DNA of 64,000 nucleotides from Candidatus Woesearchaeota archaeon (lineage in GTDB: Archaea > Nanobdellota > Nanobdellia > Woesearchaeales > WAPY01), in contig JBNAUL010000002.1 in NCBI GenBank assembly GCA_049700835.1, forward strand, positions 222,999-286,998. Reading direction: 5' to 3'. The notes under the pieces are model-generated. The model worked only from the letters and a program-made list of their open reading frames with translations. It did not search any database and was not told where the DNA came from. Numbering within the stretch: the first letter of the stretch is position 1; every line of letters begins with the position of its first letter. Made by a program: the position numbers and the translations under genes. Positions 62,886 through 64,000 of this stretch are shown here, piece after piece.

Positions 62886-63941
62886 TTAAAGTTTTGATTT
62901 CAAGGCATCGATTTCTTCATCAATTCTCTTGCGCATTTTCCCAAACAACCAGGGATAATTGCTTTGCAACAAAATTTTTAATCTTAAGAGATAACCCAAA
63001 GAATTGTTGACGTACTTGCTCCAATCAATCCTTTGATAATCGTTTCCAGTGAAAACAATTTCTTGTCTTTCAGACCAATCTCCTGGTTGATCAGCTCCTG
63101 GAATAAAATAGTTTGCCCATCTCTGAATTGTCTGTTCAGAAGCAATGCATCCAAGATTCAGAAGTTCGCCTGATTTTGAATAGCAGGACTCGTCAGGCCC
63201 GTAAAGAGGCATGTCATAACCATTCTTACATAGAGGAGTTAAGTTTCCCAAGGCCAGAACAATTAGCTCGTTGCAATTATGCTTTAAAATACTGTCCCAT
63301 AAAAAGTCCATTCCTTCTTCTGAAATAAAACCATAAAAAATTATCTTGTCAAAGTTTAAATTTTGTTCTTTTGAAATTTCAAACAACCTTTTCAAAGCAA
63401 CAAATGCTGTTTTTCCAGAAGCAACAGTGTCCTGAACTAAAAGATTTACAGTTTTATTCTTTAACCCTATTAAAGAACTGAAGTCCTCAAAAACAACATT
63501 AACCTCTTTTGAATTGTCATCGTGATCCCTGTAAGAAGGTACCACATACTTTGTTCTAACCCAAGCTTCGCTAAAATTTATTTTTTCTTTTGCGACCTTG
63601 TGGAGATTATATCCAAGAGAAGCTCTTAAAATGTGATAGAATAGAAGTTTGTTATTAGAACCATCAAAATAATTTTTTTGTTTTAAAAAATTAAAAGCGT
63701 ATTTAGCGCATTCAAGAGTTAAATCATCAAGTTCTTTTCCAATGATAGAAGGGAAGCAGGCAATTTTCATGCAGGCATCACAATCAAGGATAAAAACAGC
63801 GTATGGTTTTTTAGAATATTGAAAAACATCAAATTTTTCAGAAGAAATCGCCTGATCTACATCAGTTTTTATTTTGAAATCTCTTATAATCTTTTTAACC
63901 TCTTTTTTGGAAAAACCAAAATCCAAAAAAAACACCTCCAT
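62886..63941 (-). CDS. Type I phosphoribosyltransferase-like protein of unknown specificity
   Basis: HILRAS and LLVQDTVASGKT resemble the UPRTase ILRAG motif and PRPP-binding loop. Confidence 0.6.
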   Translation of the reverse strand: MEVFFLDFGFSKKEVKKIIRDFKIKTDVDQAISSEKFDVFQYSKKPYAVFILDCDACMKIACFPSIIGKELDDLTLECAKYAFNFLKQKNYFDGSNNKLLFYHILRASLGYNLHKVAKEKINFSEAWVRTKYVVPSYRDHDDNSKEVNVVFEDFSSLIGLKNKTVNLLVQDTVASGKTAFVALKRLFEISKEQNLNFDKIIFYGFISEEGMDFLWDSILKHNCNELIVLALGNLTPLCKNGYDMPLYGPDESCYSKSGELLNLGCIASEQTIQRWANYFIPGADQPGDWSERQEIVFTGNDYQRIDWSKYVNNSLGYLLRLKILLQSNYPWLFGKMRKRIDEEIDALKSKL

Positions 63942-64000
63942 AAACTACAAAACCCTGAAACTTAAAAACAGGTTTATTTATAAATTTTTCTAAAACAAAG

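Overview
AT-rich archaeal chromosome segment, most consistent with a DPANN lineage such as Woesearchaeota (inference from gene content). Archaeal information genes (class I LysRS, rpl21e-rpo4-DUF655, rps17e-alba, top6B/A, Rio1, Dim2, ABCE1, Dph6, DTD2, oapABC-like) sit among bacterial-type metabolic genes (gyrB, metK, purA/purB, dPGM, tandem ThyX, dut). The window also has a polyamine/hypusine cluster, six tRNA genes, several broken genes and three 100-N assembly gaps. No integrase, transposase or CRISPR array was found. The most striking unexplained structure lies directly after both tRNA-Arg genes (UCG at 30895 and UCU at 49534). Each is followed by a tandem array of a 51-nt hairpin unit with a shared core. 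The closing stem of that unit is built from the host tRNA's own 3' end plus a complementary arm, and it shows two compensatory base-pair changes between the loci. This is a candidate novel tRNA-linked structured RNA or mini-element family. All calls come from manual motif reading; no database searches were run.
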